64,000 nucleotides of DNA, from positions 105,695 to 169,694 of the forward strand of contig CAZCDU010000002.1 in assembly GCA_964497125.1 (NCBI GenBank), given 5' to 3'. The translations under genes and the position numbers were made by a program. The notes beneath the pieces were generated by a model. It was not told the DNA's origin, searched no databases, and saw only the letters and a program-made list of their open reading frames with translations. Positions 28,905-37,813 of this stretch are shown one piece after another. The stretch comes from an uncultured Victivallales bacterium. Lineage in GTDB: Bacteria > Verrucomicrobiota > Kiritimatiellia > UBA8416. How positions within the stretch are numbered: position 1 is the stretch's first letter; the number at the start of each line of letters is the position of its first letter.

Positions 28905-29262
28905 TCCCCAAACCGCCAGCCGCAGACCAACCCTCTCTGCCCCACAAACCGCCAGCCCCAGAGCAACCCTCTCTCTCCCCACAAACCACCAGCGGAGGGC
29001 TGGGGTGCCCTTGCCTAGCCTAGTCGCTGCAGCCGTCCCCACAAACCGCCAGCGGAGGCATTGGGTGCCCCTCGCAGGCCTAGTGGCTTCCCAACCACTC
29101 CAGCTCTTCCTCCAAACACCACCAGCGGAGGGCTGGGGTGTCCCTGGCTGGCCTAGTCGGTGCAGCCGTCCCCACAAACCGCCAGCGGAGGCGTTGGGTG
29201 CCCCTCGCAGGCCTAGTGGCTTCCCAGCCACTCCAGCCAAGAGGGGCACCCAACGCCGGAGC
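28905..29262. repeat. Mosaic tandem array of nested-hairpin element units between gspF and gspG
   Basis: Six units starting with a CAAACC(A/G)CCAGC-like linker; bodies alternate between the argJ-type and gspK-type; complete element at 29185-29262, 1 nt after the gspF stop. Confidence 0.88.
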
Positions 29263-29263
29263 G

Positions 29264-30493
29264 TCACCCCATGCCGTTCGTAAGATTAAACACCGCCATC
29301 AAAATACTAACCGCCACAAAACCAACCGCCAGCGCCACAAAGACAATCAGAATAGGCTCAAGCGCCGTCGTAAAGATCTTAACATTCCGGTCCAGGTCAT
29401 TCTCGTATCGCCGGGCAATGTGGGTCAGCGATCCCACCATATCGCCCGTCTGTTCACCGATCGACAGCATATCGGTCATCATCGTAGGAAAGACCTTGCC
29501 TGCCGCCAGGGGCCCCGAAATCGATGTCCCGTCGGTCACCCGTTCACGGGCATTATCCAGCTCGCGCGCGATCACGGCATTTCCTACCGTCTGGGCCACG
29601 ATCTGCAGAGCCCGAAGCACGGGAACCCCGTTACCTAGTAGTGTACCAAGTGTTCGCGCAAAATTGGCATAAATTCCCGATGCCACAATGCCGCGAATCA
29701 GCGGCATTTTCAGCAGCACACGATGCCACCAGAGCTGGCCACGTTTGGTCTGCACACCACGGTGAGCCAACACGGCCAGGATTCCCATGGCGACGAGGAC
29801 AAGCAATCCGTATTTCGTGAGAAATCCGCTGATCCCAATCAGAATTCGTGTGGGCAACGGTAAGGTCTGATTCATCTGCGCGAAGATACGCTCAAATTTG
29901 GGGACCACGTTCACCATGGAGAATATCAGCGTGGCCGCGCCCATAACCATCACGATCATCGGATAGACAAGGGCCATCACGACCTTCTCTTTCAGGTCCT
30001 GGACCCGCTCATAGTGCTCCACTAATCGCTTGAGCACTTCATGCAGCGCGCCACTCGCTTCACCGGCACGGATCATATTGACGTAGAGATTCGAAAAGAT
30101 CTTCGGGTGCCGTTGCAGAGCGTCCGAGAGACTCGCACCCCGTACGATCTCATCACGAAGCGACCCAATAATCGAGTCGCTTCCTTTGCCCGAGCGTCTG
30201 TTGGCAAGGGTGTTGAGTGCATTACCAAGGGTCATGCCTGATGCCAGCAGATCGCTTAGCTCCGTGGTAAAGACGAGGACCTCGCGCATGCTCATGCGAT
30301 CGGGGCGAGTCATCTGGAATCGCTTTGTAGATGCGCCCGAAGGTTTTGCTGCCGCAACGCCCTCCTTGACCGACACGGGAATCAGCCCCTGCCGCTCAAT
30401 GCCCGCCAGGGCCTCACGGCGATCCTTGGCATCCAGTTCCCCGGCAACCTTCTCGCCTGCCTTGGTCCGTGCGCTATATGTAAATGTAGGCAT
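29264..30493 (-). CDS. gspF: T2SS inner-membrane platform protein F
   Basis: LSDLLASG, GASLSDAL, YVNMIRAGEASGAL, YP, LGTLLGNGVPVLRAL, MLSIGEQTG, LEPILI. Confidence 0.95.
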   Translation of the reverse strand: MPTFTYSARTKAGEKVAGELDAKDRREALAGIERQGLIPVSVKEGVAAAKPSGASTKRFQMTRPDRMSMREVLVFTTELSDLLASGMTLGNALNTLANRRSGKGSDSIIGSLRDEIVRGASLSDALQRHPKIFSNLYVNMIRAGEASGALHEVLKRLVEHYERVQDLKEKVVMALVYPMIVMVMGAATLIFSMVNVVPKFERIFAQMNQTLPLPTRILIGISGFLTKYGLLVLVAMGILAVLAHRGVQTKRGQLWWHRVLLKMPLIRGIVASGIYANFARTLGTLLGNGVPVLRALQIVAQTVGNAVIARELDNARERVTDGTSISGPLAAGKVFPTMMTDMLSIGEQTGDMVGSLTHIARRYENDLDRNVKIFTTALEPILIVFVALAVGFVAVSILMAVFNLTNGMG

Positions 30494-30537
30494 GACCTTT
30501 ACTCACTCCCGGAACCACCCACCGGGGACCGGAACAA

Positions 30538-32235
30538 CTAATCGTTCTCTTCCGTTGCGCGTAGCACTTCCTCAATCGTCGTCACGCCGGTCAGGACCTT
30601 TTCCCAGCCGTCATCACGAAGCGTCCGCATCCCCTCTCTCAGGGCTTCCGTCTTGATCTCGCCGGCGGAGTGTCGACCCACAATGAGCGATTGGATGGAT
30701 TCCGTTACGGGCAAAATCTCGAAAATGCCGGAACGGCCGCGGAAGCCGGTGCCGCGACAGGCCTCACACTTCGAAATCTCGTAGATCTTACCGGACGCCA
30801 GCTGATCGACGGGAAAGCCGACTTCCTGCAGAAAATCGAGGCCGGGCGCTGCTTCCGTGCGGCAATCGGGGCAGAGCCTGCGCACCAGGCGCTGGGCAAC
30901 GATGCCTTCCACGGCTGACGAGACCAGGTAGGGCTCCACGCCCATGTCCATTAGGCGTGAAAAGGCGCCGGCCGCATCGTTGGTATGCAGCGTACTGAAG
31001 ACCAGATGCCCTGTCAGCGATGCCTGGATGGCGATCTCCGCCGTTTCGATGTCACGAATCTCACCAACCATAATGATGTCGGGGTCCTGGCGCAGGAACG
31101 AGCGCAGGGTTCGCGCGAAGGTCAGGCCAATCTCCGGACGCACCAGGACCTGGTTCACACCCGTCATCTCATACTCAATCGGGTTCTCAGCAGTCATGAT
31201 CCGTACATCAACGCGGTTCAACTCCTGTAGATACCCGAATAGTGAGGTAGACTTACCCGAACCGGTTGGCCCCGTAACAAGAATGATACCGTTGGGCCGG
31301 TGGATCAGTTTGCGGATCAGTTCGGCATCGCGATCGTTCATGCCGGAATCCTCGATCGTGACCAGCTGGGTTCCGCTCTGGAGAAGACGCAGACTAACGC
31401 TTTCGCCGTAAACCGTGGGCATGGTGGAAACACGAATATCGATATCCTGTCCCTGGATACGGAGCCCGATACGACCATCCATGGGAAGCCGCTTCTCGGC
31501 GATGTCCAGGTTGGCCATCACCTTGATACGCGAGATAATGGCGGCCTGGAATCGGTTCAATTGCAACGGAACGGGTGTTTCGTGGAGCACACCGTCGATC
31601 CGGTAGCGTATGCGGAGCTTCTCCTCCATGGGTTCCATGTGAATGTCGGTGGCGCCTTGCTGATTCGCTTCCCAGATAATCTGGTTCACGAACTTCACGA
31701 TTGAGGCTTCCTGGTCCATCTGGCTCAGGTCCACTTTTCCGAGCTGTTCGTCGGGGGCGACCTCGAACCGGTCGTCCTGCATCATGCGATCGACAGTGTC
31801 AGCCCCGACGCCGTAGAATTTCTTCGCCGCCTGCGCAATATCGTCGGACGGACTCAGCACGAGCTTAATGCGTGCGTCGGCAGCCAGGCGCAGGGAATCC
31901 ACGAGTCCCGGAGCAAACGGGTCACTAACGGCCACGCGCAGAATTCCGGTTTCGAATCCAATGGGCACGACGTTGTATTGAAAGACCGCTTTGGTCGGCA
32001 GGCGTTCGAGCACCTCGCGTTCGATGTCCTCTTCCTTCAGCGGCATAAAGGGCATCTGCAGCACGTCGGCCAGGGACTCGAGAAAGGCATCCTCACGGCA
32101 AAGCCCCTGGCTTGCCACGACCTGCCCTATCGGCAAATCGTTATCGGCCGCCAGGTCGACCAGCGTTTCGATCTGTTCAGCCGAGAACAGATCCGTGCGC
32201 TCAAGCAATTCGGCCAAGTATTTTGAAACCGCCAT
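30538..32235 (-). CDS. gspE: T2SS assembly ATPase E
   Basis: ATDIHMEP, IRYRIDGVL, DIAEKRLPMDG, GPTGSGKST, LRSFLRQDPDIIMVGEIRD, TLHTND, CPDC...CEACRGTGFRGR. Confidence 0.95.
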   Translation of the reverse strand: MAVSKYLAELLERTDLFSAEQIETLVDLAADNDLPIGQVVASQGLCREDAFLESLADVLQMPFMPLKEEDIEREVLERLPTKAVFQYNVVPIGFETGILRVAVSDPFAPGLVDSLRLAADARIKLVLSPSDDIAQAAKKFYGVGADTVDRMMQDDRFEVAPDEQLGKVDLSQMDQEASIVKFVNQIIWEANQQGATDIHMEPMEEKLRIRYRIDGVLHETPVPLQLNRFQAAIISRIKVMANLDIAEKRLPMDGRIGLRIQGQDIDIRVSTMPTVYGESVSLRLLQSGTQLVTIEDSGMNDRDAELIRKLIHRPNGIILVTGPTGSGKSTSLFGYLQELNRVDVRIMTAENPIEYEMTGVNQVLVRPEIGLTFARTLRSFLRQDPDIIMVGEIRDIETAEIAIQASLTGHLVFSTLHTNDAAGAFSRLMDMGVEPYLVSSAVEGIVAQRLVRRLCPDCRTEAAPGLDFLQEVGFPVDQLASGKIYEISKCEACRGTGFRGRSGIFEILPVTESIQSLIVGRHSAGEIKTEALREGMRTLRDDGWEKVLTGVTTIEEVLRATEEND

Positions 32236-32320
32236 GTTCGTAGACTCCTATGCCCTTATAAGGCTACCGTCCAACGCCAGAATAGCAATGCTGAATGAGT
32301 CGCCTGCCAAATCGGCCTCC

Positions 32321-32344
32321 GTAGCTGGATTCGTGAGAATTCAG
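32321..32344 (+). repeat. GTAG-tagged REP, family 1, overlapping the trmJ stop
   Basis: GTAG-CTGGATTC-GTGA-GAATTCAG; its reverse complement contains the TGA stop at 32341-32343. Confidence 0.9.
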
Positions 32345-33087
32345 TCCCCGCATTCAGATTCGTCAGCATTCAGATTATCAACGGCCCACTCGGTTTGCCG
32401 TACAATCCCCATCATGATGCGAACATCGTCCTCCGTTTCCGCCCCACGCCCCATGATCCGACGAAAGCCCTGCATCATGTGGTCTGCCTTGTCGTCTTCC
32501 ATGAACCCGATACGCAGGAGAAGATCACGCCACATCGTGAACATGCGTTCCCGCAAGACAGAGGGCGCGAGCTCAGACTTCTCAACCGGTGGCTCGTAGA
32601 TGTCAGCGGCAACGAAGATCTCGTAGCAGCATACCATCACCGCCTGGGACAGATTCAGAGAGGTGTAGGATTCCGACGTCGGAATCTGGATAATCCGGGA
32701 ACAGATCGCCAGCTCTTCGTTCGACAGTCCTTTGTCTTCGCGCCCGAACACGAGCGCCACCTTGCCCCGCGAGGTGTCCGATAGCACCGGCAGTGCCCAC
32801 TCACGTGGTGTTTTGGCGTGTTGGCGGTAGAGTCCCGTCCGCGCCGAGGTGCCCATGATGACACCACAATCCTGTACCGCCTCCGCCAGGGATTCGTGCG
32901 TCGAGCGCGAATCGAGAATGTCGGTTGCGTGACACGCCATCATGCGGGCCTCGTCCATATTCAGCCGCCGCTCAGACACAATGGCCAGATCCGAGAGCCC
33001 CGTATTGGCCATTGCGCGACATACCGAACCAACATTGCCTCCATACAGTGGTCCTACCAGTACAATGCGTATATTATCCAGATTCAT
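32341..33087 (-). CDS. trmJ: SPOUT tRNA/rRNA methyltransferase, TrmJ/LasT family
   Basis: IRIVLV.P..GGNVGSVCRAM.N.GL, LVFGREDKGLSNEEL, SLNLSQAV, E..DVRIMMGI. Confidence 0.85.
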   Translation of the reverse strand: MNLDNIRIVLVGPLYGGNVGSVCRAMANTGLSDLAIVSERRLNMDEARMMACHATDILDSRSTHESLAEAVQDCGVIMGTSARTGLYRQHAKTPREWALPVLSDTSRGKVALVFGREDKGLSNEELAICSRIIQIPTSESYTSLNLSQAVMVCCYEIFVAADIYEPPVEKSELAPSVLRERMFTMWRDLLLRIGFMEDDKADHMMQGFRRIMGRGAETEDDVRIMMGIVRQTEWAVDNLNADESECGD

Positions 33088-33203
33088 TCATTACCCCACA
33101 CTTCACGATTGAAAGATTGAAGTTCAGCAACTATAAACGGGCGTCACATATAAATGCCAGTGCAGACTGGCGGAGCGACGATGAATACTGGGGGCTCATA
33201 GCC

Positions 33204-33683
33204 ATGGACGAACTACTCCAATTACTGAAAAAGGATGCCCGCGAATCGATTAGAAGCCTCGCGGAGATGCTCGACGTCTCCGAAGATGAGGTGCGTGAGC
33301 GCATTGCCGAATACGAGGATCAGGGCGTCATCCGGGGCTACCGGGCCGTCGTGAACGAAGACCAGCTCGATATTGACCGTGTACGGGCAGCCATTGAGGT
33401 CCGCATGAAACCGGAGCGGGGAGGTGGCTATGATCGCGTCGCAAACCGGATCGGGCGTTTTCCGGAAGTGGACTCTCTCTTCCTGATGTCCGGCGGCTAT
33501 GATCTGCTCGTGTTCGTCAAGGGGCGTACGCTTCAGGAAGTTGCCGGGTTCGTTAACGAACGTCTCGCAACGCTCGATGGTGTTTTGTCGACATCGACGC
33601 ATTTCACACTGAAGACTTACAAAGACCAGGGCATCCTGATGGAAACCGAGGGCGAGCATGAGCGACTCAAAGTCACACCCTAG
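33204..33683 (+). CDS. Lrp/AsnC family transcriptional regulator
   Basis: N-terminal HTH (LLKKDARESIRSLAEML...GVIRGY), RAM domain with MSGGYDL and STHF.LK.YK. Confidence 0.9.
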   Translation: MDELLQLLKKDARESIRSLAEMLDVSEDEVRERIAEYEDQGVIRGYRAVVNEDQLDIDRVRAAIEVRMKPERGGGYDRVANRIGRFPEVDSLFLMSGGYDLLVFVKGRTLQEVAGFVNERLATLDGVLSTSTHFTLKTYKDQGILMETEGEHERLKVTP

Positions 33684-34836
33684 TTACGTCGCCCGCTACC
33701 TCAGTGATGTTCCGCGCTCCGGGATCCGCGACTTCTTTGATATTGTCAGCACACGCAAGGACGTCATCAGCCTGGGCATCGGTGAGCCGGATTTCGTTAC
33801 GCCATGGCACATCCGTGAATCCTCGGTCTACGCCTTGGACCACGGAGCTACCTCCTATACGTCCAACCTGGGACTGCTGGAGTTGCGCCGGGCGATCTCA
33901 AGCTACGTCGAGCGGCGTTTCCAGGCCACGTATGATGCCGAGACGGAGATTCTCATCACCGTTGGTGTGAGCGAAGCGCTGGACCTCGCCATCCGGGCAC
34001 TCATTGAGCCGGGCGACGAAGTGCTCTACCACGAGCCCTGCTACGTCTCCTACGGACCCATTGTCACATTCGCGCATGGTGTGCCTGTCCCCGTTGAGAC
34101 GCGACGCGAGGATGACTTCCGCCTGACGGTCAGCGCCCTTGAGGAAAAGGTGACGGAGAAGACCAAGATCCTACTCCTCAATTTCCCAACGAATCCGACG
34201 GGCGCGATCCTGACGCAGACCGATATCGAGCAGATTTCCGAGTTCGCGATTGAACACGATCTGATCGTCATCACCGACGAGATCTACTCGGAACTGACCT
34301 ACGAAGATGACCGCGTCAGCATTGCGGCGATCCCCGGCATGAAATCCCGCACCATTTTTCTGAATGGATTCTCGAAAGCCTGGGCCATGACAGGCTTCCG
34401 AATCGGGTTCTCCTGTGCGCCTCCCGAGCTCACAGAAGCCATGATGAAAATTCATCAATACACAATGCTCTGCGCGCCGATCCTGGCCCAGAAAGCAGCC
34501 ATCGAAGCACTGGAGAACGGTGACCGTGACGTCGAAGAGATGCGTCGCGCTTACCACCGAAGGCGCAACGTCATGATAAAGGGCTTCGAAGATGCCGGAA
34601 TTTCGTGCCCGGCACCCAAAGGGGCATTCTATGCCTTCCCCTACGTGGCAAACTTCGGCATGTCATCCCATGACTTCGCCATGAAGCTACTGGAAGAAGA
34701 AAACGTGGCCTGCGTGCCAGGCACGGCTTTTGGCGCCTGTGGCGAGGGGTTTGTGCGTTGTTGCTATGCCACTGCCATGGACGAAATCAGGGAAGCACTC
34801 ACCCGAATCAACCGTTTCGTAAAACGGCTGGGGTAG
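33658..34836 (+). CDS. PLP-dependent aminotransferase class I/II
   Basis: ISLGIGEPDF, NFPTNPTG, DEIY, NGFSKAWAMTGFRIG, PKGAFY, VPGTAFG, GEGFVRCCYA. Confidence 0.92.
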   Translation: MSDSKSHPSYVARYLSDVPRSGIRDFFDIVSTRKDVISLGIGEPDFVTPWHIRESSVYALDHGATSYTSNLGLLELRRAISSYVERRFQATYDAETEILITVGVSEALDLAIRALIEPGDEVLYHEPCYVSYGPIVTFAHGVPVPVETRREDDFRLTVSALEEKVTEKTKILLLNFPTNPTGAILTQTDIEQISEFAIEHDLIVITDEIYSELTYEDDRVSIAAIPGMKSRTIFLNGFSKAWAMTGFRIGFSCAPPELTEAMMKIHQYTMLCAPILAQKAAIEALENGDRDVEEMRRAYHRRRNVMIKGFEDAGISCPAPKGAFYAFPYVANFGMSSHDFAMKLLEEENVACVPGTAFGACGEGFVRCCYATAMDEIREALTRINRFVKRLG

Positions 34837-34861
34837 CCCAGTTCCGCCGCAACGGCAGGCG

Positions 34862-34981
34862 GTGAGACTTCGATCCGCGGGCCGGGAAATCTTCCCGGCC
34901 GTGGAGGAGAAAGTCAAAAGGCGGAAGATTTCCCGCCCCACCTGGAGAATCCAAATCTCCGGAAGACGCGCCAAGTCTCAC
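34862..34981. repeat. Inverted pair of family-2 REP-like hairpins inside a 9-bp outer stem
   Basis: GCGG-GCCGGGAA-ATC-TTCCCGGC (34877-34899, plus) and GTGG-GGCGGGAA-ATC-TTCCGCC (34920-34941, minus); closed by GTGAGACTT/AAGTCTCAC. Confidence 0.7.
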
Positions 34982-35742
34982 TTCAGAGGAAACTCATCCT
35001 GGTTGATATCGAGAATCCGGGAATCATTGATTAATTTGTGATCCAGGGTCTCGACGAACGAAACATACGGCATAGTCCGGTACTCGCTGACGCGTTTGAG
35101 CTTCTTCAGAATGTCTGAGATATCATCCACAGCACGTGAACAGGCCTCGAATTCCTCCTGCTCCAACACCTCCGGACGCAGGTCCCGAACACGGGAAAGA
35201 TAGAGGCTCAGAATCGTGGCCGGTTGCCCCAAGTGGTGACATGCGGCTCCAAGACTCTCAATCATGACGCGCTGCTGCTCGGCGGCGACAATCTCATCAG
35301 ATTGATTCTGGATCGTCTTGACCATCTGCCGCGAGAGCTCAAGCTGCTCATCCAACCTCGAAATCTTGTCCTGCAGGCCGTGAATGATGGTGTTCAACGA
35401 CTTCTCGATGTCCACCATGTCCTGCTCGTGAAGCACTAGGGTTGCTTGTTCAGGGAGATCCTCCGCGGCCATCTGCGCCAGGTAGTCGCGGAGACGTTCG
35501 ATATTGGCCGGGTAGCGGCGGAGTATGCTGTAGCCGAGGATACCGGAGAGCAGACCAGTGGCCATTACGGCTGTCTGCGTAACTACTGAATACGTAACGA
35601 TTGTCGTGAAGAGCGAAAGCGCCACGAGCGTGAAGGACAGCATGGGAATAATCACTGTCAGGGCGACGGCGATCTTGATCTGGTAGCGAGATCGCTGAGA
35701 GGTCAGCGATGTCGAACCAAACCACGACGATCGATGCTGCAT
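34978..35742 (-). CDS. Two-TM membrane protein with HAMP-like linker and HisKA-like (DHp) helix, no ATPase domain
   Basis: Two hydrophobic helices, a coiled coil, ESLGAACHHLGQPATIL H-box-like motif; ends ~70 aa later without N/G boxes. Confidence 0.7.
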   Translation of the reverse strand: MQHRSSWFGSTSLTSQRSRYQIKIAVALTVIIPMLSFTLVALSLFTTIVTYSVVTQTAVMATGLLSGILGYSILRRYPANIERLRDYLAQMAAEDLPEQATLVLHEQDMVDIEKSLNTIIHGLQDKISRLDEQLELSRQMVKTIQNQSDEIVAAEQQRVMIESLGAACHHLGQPATILSLYLSRVRDLRPEVLEQEEFEACSRAVDDISDILKKLKRVSEYRTMPYVSFVETLDHKLINDSRILDINQDEFPLK

Positions 35743-35770
35743 CGTCCTTCTATCCCTTCAGGAGCGCTCG

Positions 35771-36607
35771 CTATTTGACGTATTTACGAGTCACCTTTAC
35801 CAGCGTTTTCCACAAGCTCGTCTGATCCGCCGCAGCAAGCAAGGCTTCACGCGCGTCGGCAGCCATGAAGGTCTCGGTTAACCCAGCCAGCAGCTTCAGG
35901 TAGAAGGCGCTCGCGGCGGTTGGAATCACGAGGAAGAAGATGATATTCGAGGCCTCACTATCGGGTCCCTCAAAACAGATGCCGTCTTTGCTCAACCCCA
36001 CGGCAAGCGTAAGGCCTCCGCCCTCTACGCCTCGCACGTGTGGGAACGCCAGCCCATGGTCCACGGCCGTCGAGTAGATGGCTTCACGGCGCATAGCTTC
36101 TTCCGCAAGGAGGTCGGCTCGATCAATGAACCCCTCGTCTTCCATGCGCTGAGCCAACAGCGTGATGGCACCATCCCGATCACAGTCGCCAAGATCAACA
36201 ACCATCAGACTCTCTGCGGAGAAACGTGAGATACCGGGCTTTGGCTTGTCAAAACGTCCGGGACGTTTGCGTACATTCCGAGCAGCGGCTTCGGGCATGA
36301 ATAGAAAACGCGCACAATTCGGGCATGACTGCACTTCCTCGGCTAGCCGGACCTGTTGTACGAGGCTTCGCGGAAGCTGCATCCCACATGCCGAACAGTT
36401 GCTTTCGGAAACAGCCACGATCACGTTCTGGTCTTTCTTCTGCAGTTTCTCGAACATCACCTTTGTGTCCGCAGGGAGCTGCTCGGTCATGGACGCGATG
36501 GCCTCGTTGAGCTGCTCAAGGTGAATGGCTCCACCAGCGACGCGCTGCTCTTCGCGTACCAGGGTCAGTTCCTGCAACTGAATAAGGTGGTTTACTGTGG
36601 GATGCAT
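35771..36607 (-). CDS. C4 Zn-ribbon (DUF164-like) fused to a PTS EIIA (mannitol/fructose/Ntr-type) domain
   Basis: CSACGMQLP...CPNCARFL; RREAIYSTAVDHGLAFPHVR with the phosphorylatable His retained; GGAG RBS before ATG 36607. Confidence 0.85.
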   Translation of the reverse strand: MHPTVNHLIQLQELTLVREEQRVAGGAIHLEQLNEAIASMTEQLPADTKVMFEKLQKKDQNVIVAVSESNCSACGMQLPRSLVQQVRLAEEVQSCPNCARFLFMPEAAARNVRKRPGRFDKPKPGISRFSAESLMVVDLGDCDRDGAITLLAQRMEDEGFIDRADLLAEEAMRREAIYSTAVDHGLAFPHVRGVEGGGLTLAVGLSKDGICFEGPDSEASNIIFFLVIPTAASAFYLKLLAGLTETFMAADAREALLAAADQTSLWKTLVKVTRKYVK

Positions 36608-36728
36608 GTATGCTCCAATTATCTTGAGGTAACGCACTACCTAGTCTGAACATGGGCCAAAAATAGCCAAGGCCACTGCCCCCGAAGTCTAGTAAAGCAG
36701 CCGCCACTGTCAACAACAACCGCACGAT

Positions 36729-37427
36729 ATGAACATGCACCGCCTTCACTATATCCAGCACGTGCCCTTCGAGGGGCTTGGCAGTATCTCGGCTTGGGCA
36801 GACCGTCACCGTGTCACGGTCTCGTGCACACGCCTGTTTCTGGGCGAGGAGCTGCCATCAACTGAAGCGTACGACATTCTCGTCGTTATGGGTGGCCCCA
36901 TGGGCGTTCACGACACGGCGGCACACCCCTGGCTAACGGCTGAAATGAGCCACCTCGAATCAGCCATCAAAGCGAGAAAGAAGGTGGTGGGTATCTGCCT
37001 GGGAGCACAACTGCTGGCACACGTGATGGGCGCAGAGGTCACGACAAACCCCCATCGTGAAATCGGTTGGTTTCGTGTTGAACGCACCGCGGCAGCCGCA
37101 ACATCCGGTATCCATACCGCTTTTGCCCCGGCGGCCGATGCTTTTCATTGGCACGGCCAGACGTTCGGCATTCCAAGCGGCGCCGTCCATCTCGCCACAA
37201 GCGAAGCCTGCACCAACCAGGCTTTCATCTATGAGGATCGCATCCTGGGGCTGCAGTATCACCTGGAAACAACCCCTGCCGCCGCTCAATCCCTGGTTGA
37301 CCACTGCGGTGACGAAATGACACCAGCCCCCTATGTCCAGTCTGCCGAGACCATCATGGCGTCACTGGACCGCTTCAGCACGATTAACAGCCACATGGCA
37401 AAGCTACTCGACTACCTGGCCTCCTGA
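36729..37427 (+). CDS. Type 1 glutamine amidotransferase (stand-alone)
   Basis: QHVPFEGLG, MGGPMGV, GICLGAQ (nucleophile Cys), FHWHG, QYHLE. Confidence 0.9.
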   Translation: MNMHRLHYIQHVPFEGLGSISAWADRHRVTVSCTRLFLGEELPSTEAYDILVVMGGPMGVHDTAAHPWLTAEMSHLESAIKARKKVVGICLGAQLLAHVMGAEVTTNPHREIGWFRVERTAAAATSGIHTAFAPAADAFHWHGQTFGIPSGAVHLATSEACTNQAFIYEDRILGLQYHLETTPAAAQSLVDHCGDEMTPAPYVQSAETIMASLDRFSTINSHMAKLLDYLAS

Positions 37428-37690
37428 GCCGCATGCGGCCGTAGCGCTTCGAATAGCTTCAGGCTCGTCTCGCGCAGGACGACCACGCCGCCGAAATAGA
37501 CAGCGCAGGCGAACCACCCGAATGCCACCCAAATCACCCATTCCCCCGACTCTGCCAACAGCGCGCAGTCCCATCGCCCGAGGACAACCAGGACCAGGTA
37601 GACGCCGACAGCGGCCCAGTTTGCCGCCCGCCGCCCCACCCACAGCACAACGCCCGTAGCCAACAACCATCCTGCCGCACAAAGCACCAT
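37412..37690 (-). CDS. Small multi-pass membrane protein, hypothetical
   Basis: GGAGG RBS before ATG 37690; three hydrophobic segments. Confidence 0.55.
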   Translation of the reverse strand: MVLCAAGWLLATGVVLWVGRRAANWAAVGVYLVLVVLGRWDCALLAESGEWVIWVAFGWFACAVYFGGVVVLRETSLKLFEALRPHAAQEAR

Positions 37691-37762
37691 AACCGCCTCC
37701 TTCCACCCCTGTAGAAGGAGCAATCCCGAGTTTTTCCGAAAAAAGGTCAGAAAATCTTCTTC

Positions 37763-37800
37763 CTTCCCATTTCTGCTTTCTGCTTTCCCATTTCTGCTTT
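37763..37800. repeat. Pyrimidine-rich heptamer repeat directly upstream of larC
   Basis: CTTCCCA TTTCTGC TTTCTGC TTTCCCA TTTCTGC TTT. Confidence 0.7.
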
Positions 37801-37813
37801 ACTCTCTCCTCCC

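Noticed and set aside
28905-29262. Possible CRISPR array (repeat-spacer periodicity)
   Set aside because: The spacers are copies of each other and of elements elsewhere, unit lengths are irregular, and there are no cas genes or leader
31948-31960. tRNA T-loop-like GGTTTCGAATCC
   Set aside because: Lies inside gspE coding sequence with no cloverleaf around it
33088-33203. Riboswitch in the lrp-aminotransferase leader (GCCAGT-GCAG-ACTGGC hairpin)
   Set aside because: A single short hairpin that matches no aptamer consensus I can recognise; needs an Rfam scan
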